Source of the DNA: Bacteroidales bacterium
GTDB lineage: Bacteria; Bacteroidota; Bacteroidia; Bacteroidales; UBA932
Direction: 5' to 3'
Assembly: GCA_041667245.1 (NCBI GenBank)
Contig: JBAYFJ010000001.1
Span: forward strand, 4,489-68,488
DNA: 64,000 bases
In this document: positions 1 through 9,297 of the stretch, piece by piece
How the letters are laid out: each line of letters opens with the position of its first letter
Position numbering within the stretch: the stretch's first letter is position 1
Program-made: the position numbers and the translations under genes
Notes under the pieces: generated by a model
What the model was told of the DNA's origin: nothing
The model's database searches: none
Seen by the model: only the letters and a program-made list of their open reading frames with translations

Positions 1-206
1 ATCAGAATCACGGCGCTGCTTGAATAGGTTTTCGGTGTCCTCTTGACATACAGAATGCCGATGATCACGCAGATTATCAGGGACAGGGTGAACCAGAAAC
101 GGTTAGCCCAGACTTTGGAAAGGAAATCCGTCAGGGAAAAATTATTGTTGTTTTGAGAATCCTGCAAATCCAGCATCTCCAAGTTCTCCAAATCTTCTTT
201 TTTCAT
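1..206 (-). CDS. wzc: Wzc-like polysaccharide co-polymerase / tyrosine autokinase, N-terminal part (runs off window)
   Basis: Hand translation from ATG at 206: MKKEDLENLEMLDLQDSQNNNNFSLTDFLSKVWANRFWFTLSLIICVIIGILYVKRTPKTYSSSAVIL, a Wzz-type N-terminus (W, TM helix, P..Y.S.A.IL). Directly downstream of wza. Confidence 0.8.
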   Translation of the reverse strand, partial: MKKEDLENLEMLDLQDSQNNNNFSLTDFLSKVWANRFWFTLSLIICVIIGILYVKRTPKTYSSSAVIL

Positions 207-229
207 AATTGCAATGGAAAAGTTTTATG

Positions 230-1021
230 TTACCAGATGTTCAATGCGACTGCGACAGCTGAGAGTATTACCGAGAAAATGGAGGCATAGGTCCCGACAG
301 ATCTGTTCTGGTTAATCTCACGTTGGCCCGCCTTGACTTTGTTAGGCTCCACATAGATCACGTCATTCTGCTGAAGATAGTAGTAAGGGCTGTCCATTAT
401 GGACGCGTCTCTTAGGTCTACTACGTGAACTGTGTTCACCCCGTCTATTTCTCTGATTATCTTGACGTTGTCACGTCTTCCATATATTGTCAGATCTCCT
501 GCGCTGCTGAGAGCGTCGAAGATTGTGATTCTGTCGGTGACGACCTCGAACGTGCCCGGTCTCGCGACCTCTCCCATTACTGAGACCTTGAAATTCACGA
601 ACTGGACCGTGACGACCGGATCATTGACATATCCTTTGGTTATCAGTTCGCTCTTGATGTAGGCCCCGAGTTCATTCCTGCTCTTGCCTTGAGCTTTGAT
701 TTTACCGAGCTGAGGGAAATCAATATAACCTTGTTTGTCCACCTCATAGCCGAGCACGCGGAACTGACCGCTCTGAATGGAATTGTTGACTACGCCCGTC
801 AAAGGCAGATTGAACATCTGAGTCAATTCCGGATCCTTGCTGTTGACCATAATGGAGAGCAGATCGTCGGGATGTATGCGAATGTCATAAGTAATACTCC
901 CTGCCTGCTGATAACCGTCACCCGCATCCTGAAGATAGGTAACCTTTTTCAAAGAGCCGCACGACACTAAAGAGAAGACCACAGCAAAGGATGCTAATGA
1001 TCTGAAGACGTATTTAATCAT
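230..1021 (-). CDS. wza: Polysaccharide export outer-membrane lipoprotein (Wza / Poly_export + SLBB)
   Basis: Lipobox LVSC; motifs I.PDD.L.I.V, GYIDFPQLG, V.V.GEV.RPG, AGDLT.YGRRDNV, YYLQQNDVIYVEPN. Confidence 0.92.
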   Translation of the reverse strand: MIKYVFRSLASFAVVFSLVSCGSLKKVTYLQDAGDGYQQAGSITYDIRIHPDDLLSIMVNSKDPELTQMFNLPLTGVVNNSIQSGQFRVLGYEVDKQGYIDFPQLGKIKAQGKSRNELGAYIKSELITKGYVNDPVVTVQFVNFKVSVMGEVARPGTFEVVTDRITIFDALSSAGDLTIYGRRDNVKIIREIDGVNTVHVVDLRDASIMDSPYYYLQQNDVIYVEPNKVKAGQREINQNRSVGTYASIFSVILSAVAVALNIW

Positions 1022-1075
1022 TTTTATTAATTATATTGATTCAACAATGATCCCGCTTGAGGGTTTTAACAGATG

Positions 1076-1083
1076 CAAAGATA
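1076..1083 (-). promoter_or_regulatory. Bacteroidetes sigma-A -7 element (TATCTTTG) for wza-wzc
   Basis: Matches TAnnTTTG about 55 nt upstream of the wza ATG. Confidence 0.55.
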
Positions 1084-1228
1084 ATATTTTCTTTGACTAT
1101 TCAACCAAATATATTCTAAACAGAGATAATAAAGAAAGAAATCTTTTAACAAACAGAATGCTGTCTCTTTGCTAATTACGTTAATATATGCTAAATTTGA
1201 GCGTTTACGCAAAAACCTCAGCCATCTT

Positions 1229-2902
1229 ATGTACAATCAGCAAGAAAAGACCAAGGTTTCGACCTTGATTACGCTCATAATTATTTGTGCTATTACGTTT
1301 TTCGTCAATAACACCGCGCTGCTTCCTGACATTATGGAGTCAAGGAACATCATCACCGCCAGGGAAATGGTCTACGACGGTCATTGGATGGTACCGACGA
1401 TGAACGGGGAACTGAGACTTGAGAAACCGCCTCTTCCGACTTGGCTAACCGCTCTGGCCGAGATAATCTGTCCGGACAGTCTCGCTCTTCAGAGGGCTAT
1501 GGCAGGACTTGCGGCCACACTTCTCGTTCTTTCCTTCTTCTTCATAGGTAAACGCTTGTTCAAGAGCAACCGCACGGCTCTGTTCTCCAGTCTCATCCTC
1601 TGCACCTGCTACAGTGTGGTACTGATGGGCAGAACCGCATCATGGGACATCTACACCCACGCTTTTATGCTTACGGGCATTTTGTTTCTGATCCGGGCTT
1701 TCGAGTCCGAAAGATGCGCTTGGGGGTCTTTCATCGGGGCGGGGGTTTTTATGGGTTTGTCGATTATGAGCAAGGGTCCCATATCGCTTTTCGCTCTGCT
1801 GCTTCCGTTAATGCTGGCCTATCTCTGGTTCTACCCTCCTAAAATGAGGGGGAAATGGAAAGGACTCCTACTTATGATCGTCCTTGCCGTTACGGTAGGA
1901 TGCTGGTGGTACGCCTACATTTATCTTATGAACGGGAACGAGATGGCGGCGGTGGCGGCGAAGGAATCAGGCAACTGGGCCAGCCACAACGTGAGACCGT
2001 GGTACTATTACTGGGACTTCTTCCTTGAGACAGGGGTGTGGGCTTTACTGCTGATCACGGCTATGCTGACTCCTATATGGTCCTGGAAAGAAAGGGAAAG
2101 CAAAGACTACCAGTTCCCTCTCGTCTGGATGATACTCACCGTCGTGATTCTGTCGATTCCGGGAGAGAAGAAGACAAGATACCTTTTCCCGGTTATGATT
2201 TCGGCAAGTTACCTTATGGGTTATCTGATTGAGGCCTGGGACGAGCGGTTCCGCAATCACAAGAGCGTAAAATTCGAAAGATTCATATTCAGGCTGAACA
2301 GCTGGCTGCTCGCTGCGGTCACCATAGTGCTTCCGGCAACGGTGTGGTACTTCGTGTTCAGAGAAGGTTACATTTCCACGGTTTTCCTGATAGTGGTGAG
2401 CATAATATTCCTTGCCGCAGGCATCAGCATAGCCGTCTCGGCAATCAAGTACTTGCCTGAAGGGATGGTGACGGGGATCGTGGCTGTGTTCCTCGCTGCG
2501 GAGTTTTTCGTGATGCCTTCTTTCAGGAAGACAATCAACAATCCTGACATCCACAGCATTGAGCTGACGCAAGGAATCAAGGCTCTGGATGGGGTTCAGT
2601 TCTACCATAACTCCGCCGATGAGCTCAGGATTGAAGAGGTCTACGCAGCGCACAGAAGCATAAAGCCTATTGACTGCTCTTGCGCTGACTCACTTGTGAA
2701 CGCTCTTCCGTTCGCCATCCTGACCCACTCAAGCGTGGGCAAAGAATTGCCTGCCGAGGTGTTCGAGCACGCCGACACCCTGCATATTGACAAATACGAC
2801 AACAATTCCAGGCCCAAAGGAAACCGCCTCAACAGACCGATATTTGTCTACAATGTGACTCTGCTAACTCCGAAGGACTCTACTGCCCGCCAAGCAAAGT
2901 GA
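1229..2902 (+). CDS. ArnT/PMT-family (GT-C) membrane glycosyltransferase
   Basis: DIMESRN...AREM...W.VP..NGE.RLEKPPL and KGP motifs, many TM helices. ATG 1229 preferred because TAAATTTG at 1192-1199 lies inside the longer ORF. Confidence 0.85.
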   Translation: MYNQQEKTKVSTLITLIIICAITFFVNNTALLPDIMESRNIITAREMVYDGHWMVPTMNGELRLEKPPLPTWLTALAEIICPDSLALQRAMAGLAATLLVLSFFFIGKRLFKSNRTALFSSLILCTCYSVVLMGRTASWDIYTHAFMLTGILFLIRAFESERCAWGSFIGAGVFMGLSIMSKGPISLFALLLPLMLAYLWFYPPKMRGKWKGLLLMIVLAVTVGCWWYAYIYLMNGNEMAAVAAKESGNWASHNVRPWYYYWDFFLETGVWALLLITAMLTPIWSWKERESKDYQFPLVWMILTVVILSIPGEKKTRYLFPVMISASYLMGYLIEAWDERFRNHKSVKFERFIFRLNSWLLAAVTIVLPATVWYFVFREGYISTVFLIVVSIIFLAAGISIAVSAIKYLPEGMVTGIVAVFLAAEFFVMPSFRKTINNPDIHSIELTQGIKALDGVQFYHNSADELRIEEVYAAHRSIKPIDCSCADSLVNALPFAILTHSSVGKELPAEVFEHADTLHIDKYDNNSRPKGNRLNRPIFVYNVTLLTPKDSTARQAK

Positions 2903-3896
2903 AGTAGTTCTCCACATCGAGCCAAGTCTTGAAATGCTCGCTGCCGAACTCTATCACTGTCCCCACGAAATCCTCGCCTCCGTTGACGCGCGGATAGGCG
3001 TCGACGAGATAGTCACCCATCAGAAGATCCTTGTGATTTGACGACACTACTCTGTTCCAAAGGAGTACGTCGATGTGCTTGTCCAGCCATTCTATTGAGG
3101 AAGAGTACTTTGCCGGATCATAGTGGCCTGCCTCGATGAGAGCGTAGATGTCATAATGTCTTGACAAGTTGTTGAGGACACTCACAGCGAATTCCGCCGG
3201 CTCGCCGTCTGATTTTCTTATGAGAGTGTCATCAAGGGTTATGAAAACAACAGGCTTTTTCCTGTTTTGCTGTTTGTCGTCAATCCTTTGAATGACAGGC
3301 AGTACCGAATGCAGGAATGTTCTGTCGTTAAGATAATGCTCTCCGTTGAAGCGGATAGCGTTGTGATAATGTCCGGCGAAAATGCCGAAGGTGTCCACCA
3401 GATGGTCTTCTCTCCCGAAAAGCCCGTAGACTCTGCTCTGTTCGTCAGGATCCTTTGATTGCTCGTCGAAACAATTGCCAGACGCTTCCCTGAATTCCTC
3501 AAGAAGCCCTTTGGTCACAAGAAACGAACTTTGACCGTCTTGTCTATGAGAATGAAAATCCTGTCTTCCGAGCCCGTTGTTTTTGAGTATAGTGTCGGCA
3601 AGGGAGAAGGCGGGATTGACGAGAATCCTGTCGAAACCATATAACTGCTCCGCATACATCCCTCCCATAGACGTGCCGATTATCAGGTCAGGGACCTGCT
3701 CACTGCATATTTTCTTGAGAAGGTCAAGCGCTTCCTCCGGTCGAACGGGAAGATCAGGGGCTATGATCTCTGCTTCCGACAGCAAGGTAGCAATGGTCCT
3801 GACCGTTCCGCTCTGCCCCGATGAGGCGAATCCGTGCACGTAAAGAATCTTTTTGCCGGACATCACTTCCGACCTCGCATACTCGTATAGTTCCAT
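2880..3896 (-). CDS. YqiA/YcfP-family alpha/beta hydrolase fused to a degenerate NT5C-like HAD domain
   Basis: LYVHGFASS, GTSMGG nucleophile elbow, LVNPA. C-terminal HKDLL.GDYLVD...FG...F.TW resembles 5'(3')-deoxyribonucleotidase. Confidence 0.8.
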   Translation of the reverse strand: MELYEYARSEVMSGKKILYVHGFASSGQSGTVRTIATLLSEAEIIAPDLPVRPEEALDLLKKICSEQVPDLIIGTSMGGMYAEQLYGFDRILVNPAFSLADTILKNNGLGRQDFHSHRQDGQSSFLVTKGLLEEFREASGNCFDEQSKDPDEQSRVYGLFGREDHLVDTFGIFAGHYHNAIRFNGEHYLNDRTFLHSVLPVIQRIDDKQQNRKKPVVFITLDDTLIRKSDGEPAEFAVSVLNNLSRHYDIYALIEAGHYDPAKYSSSIEWLDKHIDVLLWNRVVSSNHKDLLMGDYLVDAYPRVNGGEDFVGTVIEFGSEHFKTWLDVENYFTLLGGQ

Positions 3897-3977
3897 AATT
3901 ATTATTTTAAGGCAAATTACTCACAAATTTAGACACAATTTTGTATTTTTGCAGAATTGAAACTAAAACCTCTATTT

Positions 3978-5096
3978 ATGACACAAAAACAGCTTGAGAC
4001 GATAGCCTCTCAATTCAAAATCAAAGGAAAGATTCTATCTGTCTCCGCATTGGGCAACGGACTTATCAATGACACTTACAAGATTAACACTGAAGGAGAT
4101 GCCCCGGATTACGTCCTTCAGAAAATCAACAATAAGGTCTTTACGGACGTTGATTTGCTTCAGAGCAACATCGAAGCGGTCACACGGCACATCCGCAAGC
4201 AACTTGAAGCTGCCTCTGAAAAGGACATCGACCGTAAAGTGCTGACTTTCATCGAGTCGGGGAACGGCAAGACTTACATTCAGGATGAAAGCGGATTCTG
4301 GAGAGTGTCTCTTTTCATCGACAAGGCCAAAACCTTCGAGACAGTCAACCCTGAATATTCCTATTACGCCGGAAAGGCTTTCGGTGATTTCGAGGCCAGG
4401 CTCACGGACCTCCCTGACAAATTGGGAGAGACTATTCCTGACTTCCATAATATGGAATTGCGTGTCCGCCAATTCGCAGAGGCTCTTGAGCAAGACGCCG
4501 CAGGCAGAGTTCACGAAGCCTTGAACGGAGGAGATCCTTCCATCAGGGAGATTATAGACAAAATCACTTCAAGAGCGGAGCATTACTGTCTGGCGGAACA
4601 GCTTTACAGAGAGGGGAAACTGCCTAAAAGGATATGCCATTGCGATACGAAGGTAAACAACATGATGTTCGACGAGGAAGGCAATGTTCTGTGCGTCATT
4701 GACTTGGACACGGTTATGCCGAGTTTCGTGTTCTCCGATTTCGGGGATTTTCTTAGGACTGCCGCCAACACAGGGGACGAGGATGACAAGAATCTTGACA
4801 ATGTCAGTTTCAATATGGAGATATTCAATGCGTTTTCCAAAGGTTATCTTGAGTCGGCCGGCACTTTTCTGACGCCGATCGAAAGGGAGAATCTGCCTTT
4901 CGCCGCCTGTCTCTTCCCATATATGCAGGCAGTCAGGTTCTTCACCGACTACATCAACGGGGACACTTACTACAAGATTCAATATCCCGACCACAATCTC
5001 GTCAGGACTAAGGCTCAGATCAAGCTTCTGGAAAGCGCAGAATCCCACCTCGAGGAAATGAAAAAGATTATTTCCAACGGACAAGATACGATATAA
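3978..5096 (+). CDS. APH-fold sugar kinase, N-acetylhexosamine 1-kinase (NahK)-like
   Basis: G.G.INDTY, LQ.IN, TIPDFHN, HCDTKVNN, IDLDTVM, DFGD.LR, RFFTDY.NGD.YYK. ATG 3978 follows TATTTTTG at 3944-3951. Confidence 0.8.
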   Translation: MTQKQLETIASQFKIKGKILSVSALGNGLINDTYKINTEGDAPDYVLQKINNKVFTDVDLLQSNIEAVTRHIRKQLEAASEKDIDRKVLTFIESGNGKTYIQDESGFWRVSLFIDKAKTFETVNPEYSYYAGKAFGDFEARLTDLPDKLGETIPDFHNMELRVRQFAEALEQDAAGRVHEALNGGDPSIREIIDKITSRAEHYCLAEQLYREGKLPKRICHCDTKVNNMMFDEEGNVLCVIDLDTVMPSFVFSDFGDFLRTAANTGDEDDKNLDNVSFNMEIFNAFSKGYLESAGTFLTPIERENLPFAACLFPYMQAVRFFTDYINGDTYYKIQYPDHNLVRTKAQIKLLESAESHLEEMKKIISNGQDTI

Positions 5097-5139
5097 ATGG
5101 TTACATTTGCAAATTCAATTAACAACACATAGTTTAAAA

Positions 5140-6114
5140 ATGGAAAAAGGACCTATTTCACAGTTCATCATCCGCAATTATCGTCATTTCAATTCCGCCA
5201 CTTTGGTGGATGCCTCAAAGGCTTATGACGATCTCATCAACAGAGGCGGTAAAATGATGTTGGCAATGGCCGGCGCCATGAGTACGGCTGAACTCGGAAT
5301 CTCTCTGGCAGAGATGATCCGTCAGGACAAAATTCAGATTGTCTGCTGCTCGGCCAACAACCTTGAGGAAGACATTATGAATCTTGTCGCTCACTCCCAC
5401 TATTACAGAGTTCCGAATTATAGGGACTTGACCCCTCAGCAGGAGAAAGAGCTTCTTGACAATCATTATAATCGTGTCACAGACACCTGTATCCCTGAGG
5501 AAGAGGCTTTCCGCCGTCTTGAGGGTTTCCTCGTAGACACTTGGAAACGCGCTCAGGAGAAAGGCGAAAGATACCTTCCTTTCGAGTATATGTACCAGAT
5601 TATAAGAAGCGGAGTACTAAAGCAGTACTACGAGATCGACCCTAAAGACAGCTGGGTTCTCGCCGCTTGCGAAAAGAACATTCCTATCATCGTTCCCGCT
5701 TGGGAGGACTGCACGACAGGCAACATCTTCACAGCCCACGTGATAAAGGGCGAGTTGAGACCTGACATCGTAAAGAACGGCATCGAGACAATGATTTATC
5801 TCGTGGACTGGTACAAGAAGAACGCTACCGGAGAAGGCGTCGGATTCTTCCAGATCGGAGGCGGCACGGCGGGTGACTTCCCTATTTGCTGCGTTCCAAT
5901 GATGGAGCAGGATCTTCAGTGGAAGGGTACTCCGCATTGGAAGTATTTCTGCCAGATTTCCGACAGCACTACGTCTTACGGTTCTTATTCCGGAGCTGTC
6001 CCTAACGAGAAAATCACTTGGGGCAAGATGGATGCGGACACGCCGAAATTCATCGTCGAGTCTGACGCAACCATCGTGGCGCCTCTAATGTTCTCTTACA
6101 TTCTCGGAAAATAA
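5140..6114 (+). CDS. Deoxyhypusine synthase-like protein (probable polyamine / homospermidine biosynthesis)
   Basis: AGAMST, ANNLEED, NRVTDTCI, IGGG..GDF, SYGSYSGAVPNEKITWGK with the conserved Lys. -7 element TACATTTG at 5102-5109. Confidence 0.88.
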   Translation: MEKGPISQFIIRNYRHFNSATLVDASKAYDDLINRGGKMMLAMAGAMSTAELGISLAEMIRQDKIQIVCCSANNLEEDIMNLVAHSHYYRVPNYRDLTPQQEKELLDNHYNRVTDTCIPEEEAFRRLEGFLVDTWKRAQEKGERYLPFEYMYQIIRSGVLKQYYEIDPKDSWVLAACEKNIPIIVPAWEDCTTGNIFTAHVIKGELRPDIVKNGIETMIYLVDWYKKNATGEGVGFFQIGGGTAGDFPICCVPMMEQDLQWKGTPHWKYFCQISDSTTSYGSYSGAVPNEKITWGKMDADTPKFIVESDATIVAPLMFSYILGK

Positions 6115-6138
6115 ACAAGACTTACAAATACACAAACC

Positions 6139-6171
6139 AAAGGGGAACCGTCACGGCTCCCCTTCTTTTTT
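6139..6171 (+). terminator. Intrinsic terminator after the DHS-like gene (possibly bidirectional)
   Basis: AAGGGGAACCG-TCA-CGGCTCCCCTT hairpin followed by CTTTTTT. Confidence 0.8.
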
Positions 6172-6238
6172 GTACTTAGTTTGTACTTTACTACTACTTT
6201 TTACTACACACAAAAATATTTATTTAAACTAATTAAAT

Positions 6239-7093
6239 TTAGTCATCTTTGTTCGAGTCGCCGCTGCGTCTGATGTCTCCGGAGCCGGAGACACTCGTGG
6301 CGATTTCCTCGTACTTAAGCCCGTAGAGATTTATGTCTCCAGAGCCTGAGACGGCGGCGTTGACTCTCTTGGTTTTTCCTGCAAGATTGACGTTCCCTGA
6401 ACCTGTCACGGCCACATTCACGGATTCTGTCGAGATGTCATCGAACTCCATATCGCCCGACCCTGACACAGTCAAATCCGCAGCGCCGCACGAGAGGTTG
6501 TCGACATCAGCCTCACCGGAGCCGGTAATTCGAAGGCTGAATTCCGAACAGGACAGAAGCCCGTTCACATTGACGTCGCCGGAGCCGGAAATGCTTGACT
6601 CGAAGGCTCCTTCACTAATTATGGATCCGAAATTGACATCCGAACTTCCCCAGCAGGTTAAAGAGAAAGCCGAAGTGCGCAATGTGTCTTTGGCTGTAAA
6701 ATCAGAGGACCCTCCCATAATCAGTTTCACAAGATTCGGTGAAGTAACATAGACATTGATCACACCACCGTTAATAGATATGGTCCGGTTATTCTTCATA
6801 TCAAGCCTGATCTTCAGATTCCCGTCTTCCTGTTCCAATAGGACGTAAGGCATAATGTTGTCGGAAGTCTCTATTCTGACTTCCGGTGTTCCATCGGCCT
6901 GAACATAAGTCACATTGAATGAATTTCTTATGTCAAGGGTGTCAAAACCGGCCACAACCGTGTCTTTGGTGATTATGTTGCCGCTTGGCTTGATAAAACT
7001 TTCTTTCAATTGCGGGATATTGATGTTGAACGCACAGGAAGATAGTGCCGCTAACGCTGCGGCCGCTACTGCTAATGATTTGATTGTGTTCAT
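6239..7093 (-). CDS. DUF2807 / head-GIN domain beta-helix lipoprotein
   Basis: Lipobox LSSC, KPSGNI.T, repeated SGSGD units. ATG 7093 lies immediately after the gntR stop. Confidence 0.85.
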   Translation of the reverse strand: MNTIKSLAVAAAALAALSSCAFNINIPQLKESFIKPSGNIITKDTVVAGFDTLDIRNSFNVTYVQADGTPEVRIETSDNIMPYVLLEQEDGNLKIRLDMKNNRTISINGGVINVYVTSPNLVKLIMGGSSDFTAKDTLRTSAFSLTCWGSSDVNFGSIISEGAFESSISGSGDVNVNGLLSCSEFSLRITGSGEADVDNLSCGAADLTVSGSGDMEFDDISTESVNVAVTGSGNVNLAGKTKRVNAAVSGSGDINLYGLKYEEIATSVSGSGDIRRSGDSNKDD

Positions 7094-7094
7094 A

Positions 7095-7442
7095 TTACTT
7101 GTAGTTTTCTTTAAAAACTGAAGGATCAATTCCTAAAAGTTTAATCGTTTTCAATATCCCGGGAAGGGTGTTTTCCAAGAAGAATTTCTTCTCATTCTCC
7201 AGAACTATTTCCCGGGCCCCTTGGCTAATAAAATAGCCTATGCCTCTTTTGTTGTAGATAATTCCGTCAGAAGTTAATTTTTCGTAAGTCCTCATCATAG
7301 TGTTGGGATTCACTCCAAGTTGTGCTCCGTACTCTCTTACGGAAGGTATCCTGTCATCAGGTTTGAGCTGATCGTCAAGAATTCGTTCGCATATAGTGTC
7401 AGCAATCTGAAGGTATATCGGTTTGTTTGAATTAAAGTCCAT
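7095..7442 (-). CDS. GntR-family regulator, YtrA subfamily
   Basis: PIYLQIAD...PSVRE...GVNPNT.MRTY..L...G.I...RGIGYF; short C-terminal domain; in an ABC operon. Confidence 0.93.
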   Translation of the reverse strand: MDFNSNKPIYLQIADTICERILDDQLKPDDRIPSVREYGAQLGVNPNTMMRTYEKLTSDGIIYNKRGIGYFISQGAREIVLENEKKFFLENTLPGILKTIKLLGIDPSVFKENYK

Positions 7443-7445
7443 ATT

Positions 7446-8234
7446 TTAATGTTTTATTGTCTTCACTCTGAAGAACACAGCCGTAAGCATTCCCACAAAG
7501 AACAGGATTGTGAAGATTGTGTTGGCAACGTTGAATGTCTTCGCCAATGCCACTACGTCAACATTCTCAAGAAAATCTATTGAACGGTCGCCTGAGACGA
7601 ACACTCCCATGAGCGCAACGGCAATCGCAAAAATTATGAACCAAGCCAATACCACTCCGGCAACTTTATATTTCTTGAACCACATCGCGCCCAGAAGGAA
7701 GCAAAGCATCATTGATGAGTAATTCATAATAATTTTGAAATAGCTGATTTCCATCTGAGGATTGATTTCTTTCTTTATGTCGACTATTTGTAACAAACCT
7801 TTGGAGAACAGGTGTTCGCCACAAGTAGGATCGAGGACGCAGATGATGTAATCCACTCCAAGATAGACCACGACAAACAGGAACGGAGCCAGTATTATCA
7901 CATTGATAAGCATTGACAAGTATTTTTCGGTTACGGATGCCGGAATCATCGTGAAAATGGTCCCCATTTTTTTGTCGGTGACAAAGCCGTACATTCTTGC
8001 TGAAATTGAGATCAGAAGGCCAATCGCAAGAATTATGAAGACTACCATTCGTCCTTCGACTTGAGGTCCTTGCCAAACGTGCTCAAAAACAAGAGAATAG
8101 CTCAGCGATATGGCATAGATGATGAGACCCGCGAGGGTCATTGTCAGGAAGGAAAGCCCGAAAGTAGATATAATATTTCTCAGATCGTATTTGTAGTATT
8201 TTGCGAATCTGCTCAAGTTAAAAACGTCATTCAT
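7446..8234 (-). CDS. ABC-2-type membrane permease
   Basis: About 6 TM helices, M.PAS..EK motif, between ABC ATPase and gntR. Confidence 0.75.
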   Translation of the reverse strand: MNDVFNLSRFAKYYKYDLRNIISTFGLSFLTMTLAGLIIYAISLSYSLVFEHVWQGPQVEGRMVVFIILAIGLLISISARMYGFVTDKKMGTIFTMIPASVTEKYLSMLINVIILAPFLFVVVYLGVDYIICVLDPTCGEHLFSKGLLQIVDIKKEINPQMEISYFKIIMNYSSMMLCFLLGAMWFKKYKVAGVVLAWFIIFAIAVALMGVFVSGDRSIDFLENVDVVALAKTFNVANTIFTILFFVGMLTAVFFRVKTIKH

Positions 8235-8266
8235 ATTTGATAGTTGTTATATGTTCTATTTTCGTT

Positions 8267-9142
8267 CTACTGCTGATTGTTGCTCTGAGCATTGTCGTTG
8301 CCGCATAATTGTTCTTGGCCTCGAAACAGTCCTTTAATCAGTTCTTTGTGCGAATGGACGGCATTGAAAAGTGCCTCGATGTTGACTTTGCTCTCTTGTC
8401 CCGTGGTGTTGGGATAGACTTGAATGAATCCTCCCGGCAGTTGTTCCGAATACAGATTTCCCTCACGAAGCTGCGTGCCGTAATCGAAATACAGTTTGTC
8501 CGAGATCAATGCTATGCTCGCATTCAGCAGCACGTCTTGTTTGTCGAGAATGATAATCGGGTCAATTATGTTTTCCAAGTCGCGAACCTGATGGGTTGAT
8601 ATCACAATCGTGGCGTCCTCAGAGGTGTATTTCATAATGGCACTGCGGAATTGAGCTTTTGAAGGTATGTCAAGACCGTTAGTTGGCTCGTCAAGGAAGA
8701 GATAGTCCGCTCCGCATGAAAGTGCGAAGGATATGTAGGATTTCTTGAGCTGCCCTGAGGACATTTTGCTCAGTTTTTTCGCAGGGTCCACTTCAAATTC
8801 ATTCATTATCTTCAAGAAGTTGTCTAAAGAAAATTTCGGCCAGAAAGCGCCTGCGTTTTTGGCGAAATCCTGCGCCGAAATATTGAGTGCCGGAACTTCG
8901 TCAGGAAGATAGTATATGTTTGAGAGTGTTGAAGGCAGCCTTTTGTACGGATTGACTCCGTCAATTGCTATTGTGCCTTCCTGAGGCCTCTTAAGTCCGG
9001 AAAGAAGGGTGAGCAGCGTCGTTTTGCCTACTCCGTTTTCGCCCAAAAGTCCGTAGATTTTGCCTGGTTCCAGATTGGTGCTAATGTTTTTCAACACTAA
9101 CGCCTTGCCGAAGCTAAACTGAATGTTATCAATCTTAATCAT
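8267..9142 (-). CDS. ABC transporter ATP-binding protein (YtrB-like)
   Basis: Walker A GENGVGKT, signature MSSGQ, Walker B FLDEPTNGLD, ISTH. ATG 9142 preferred over the TTG at 9181. Confidence 0.93.
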   Translation of the reverse strand: MIKIDNIQFSFGKALVLKNISTNLEPGKIYGLLGENGVGKTTLLTLLSGLKRPQEGTIAIDGVNPYKRLPSTLSNIYYLPDEVPALNISAQDFAKNAGAFWPKFSLDNFLKIMNEFEVDPAKKLSKMSSGQLKKSYISFALSCGADYLFLDEPTNGLDIPSKAQFRSAIMKYTSEDATIVISTHQVRDLENIIDPIIILDKQDVLLNASIALISDKLYFDYGTQLREGNLYSEQLPGGFIQVYPNTTGQESKVNIEALFNAVHSHKELIKGLFRGQEQLCGNDNAQSNNQQ

Positions 9143-9297
9143 AATAATTTGTAAAATATTTTCAATAATTTCGTTAATCAATTACGCTCATAATTATCAT
9201 ACTATCTCTTTCTCCATCTTTCCTCCGGTGAACCTCAACAAAGAGCTAACTTTAAGCCTCACACGAGATTAGCACACCATTTTGCCGTAATTTTTAG

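Noticed and set aside
1022-1228. Invertible promoter or UpxY-type ops element upstream of wza
   Set aside because: I found no convincing flanking inverted repeats, no recombinase or upxY gene, and no clear ops match.
3978-5096. Aminoglycoside resistance gene or mucin-desulfating sulfatase label for the kinase
   Set aside because: Motifs fit sugar 1-kinases of the APH fold; no sulfatase signature and no mobile context.
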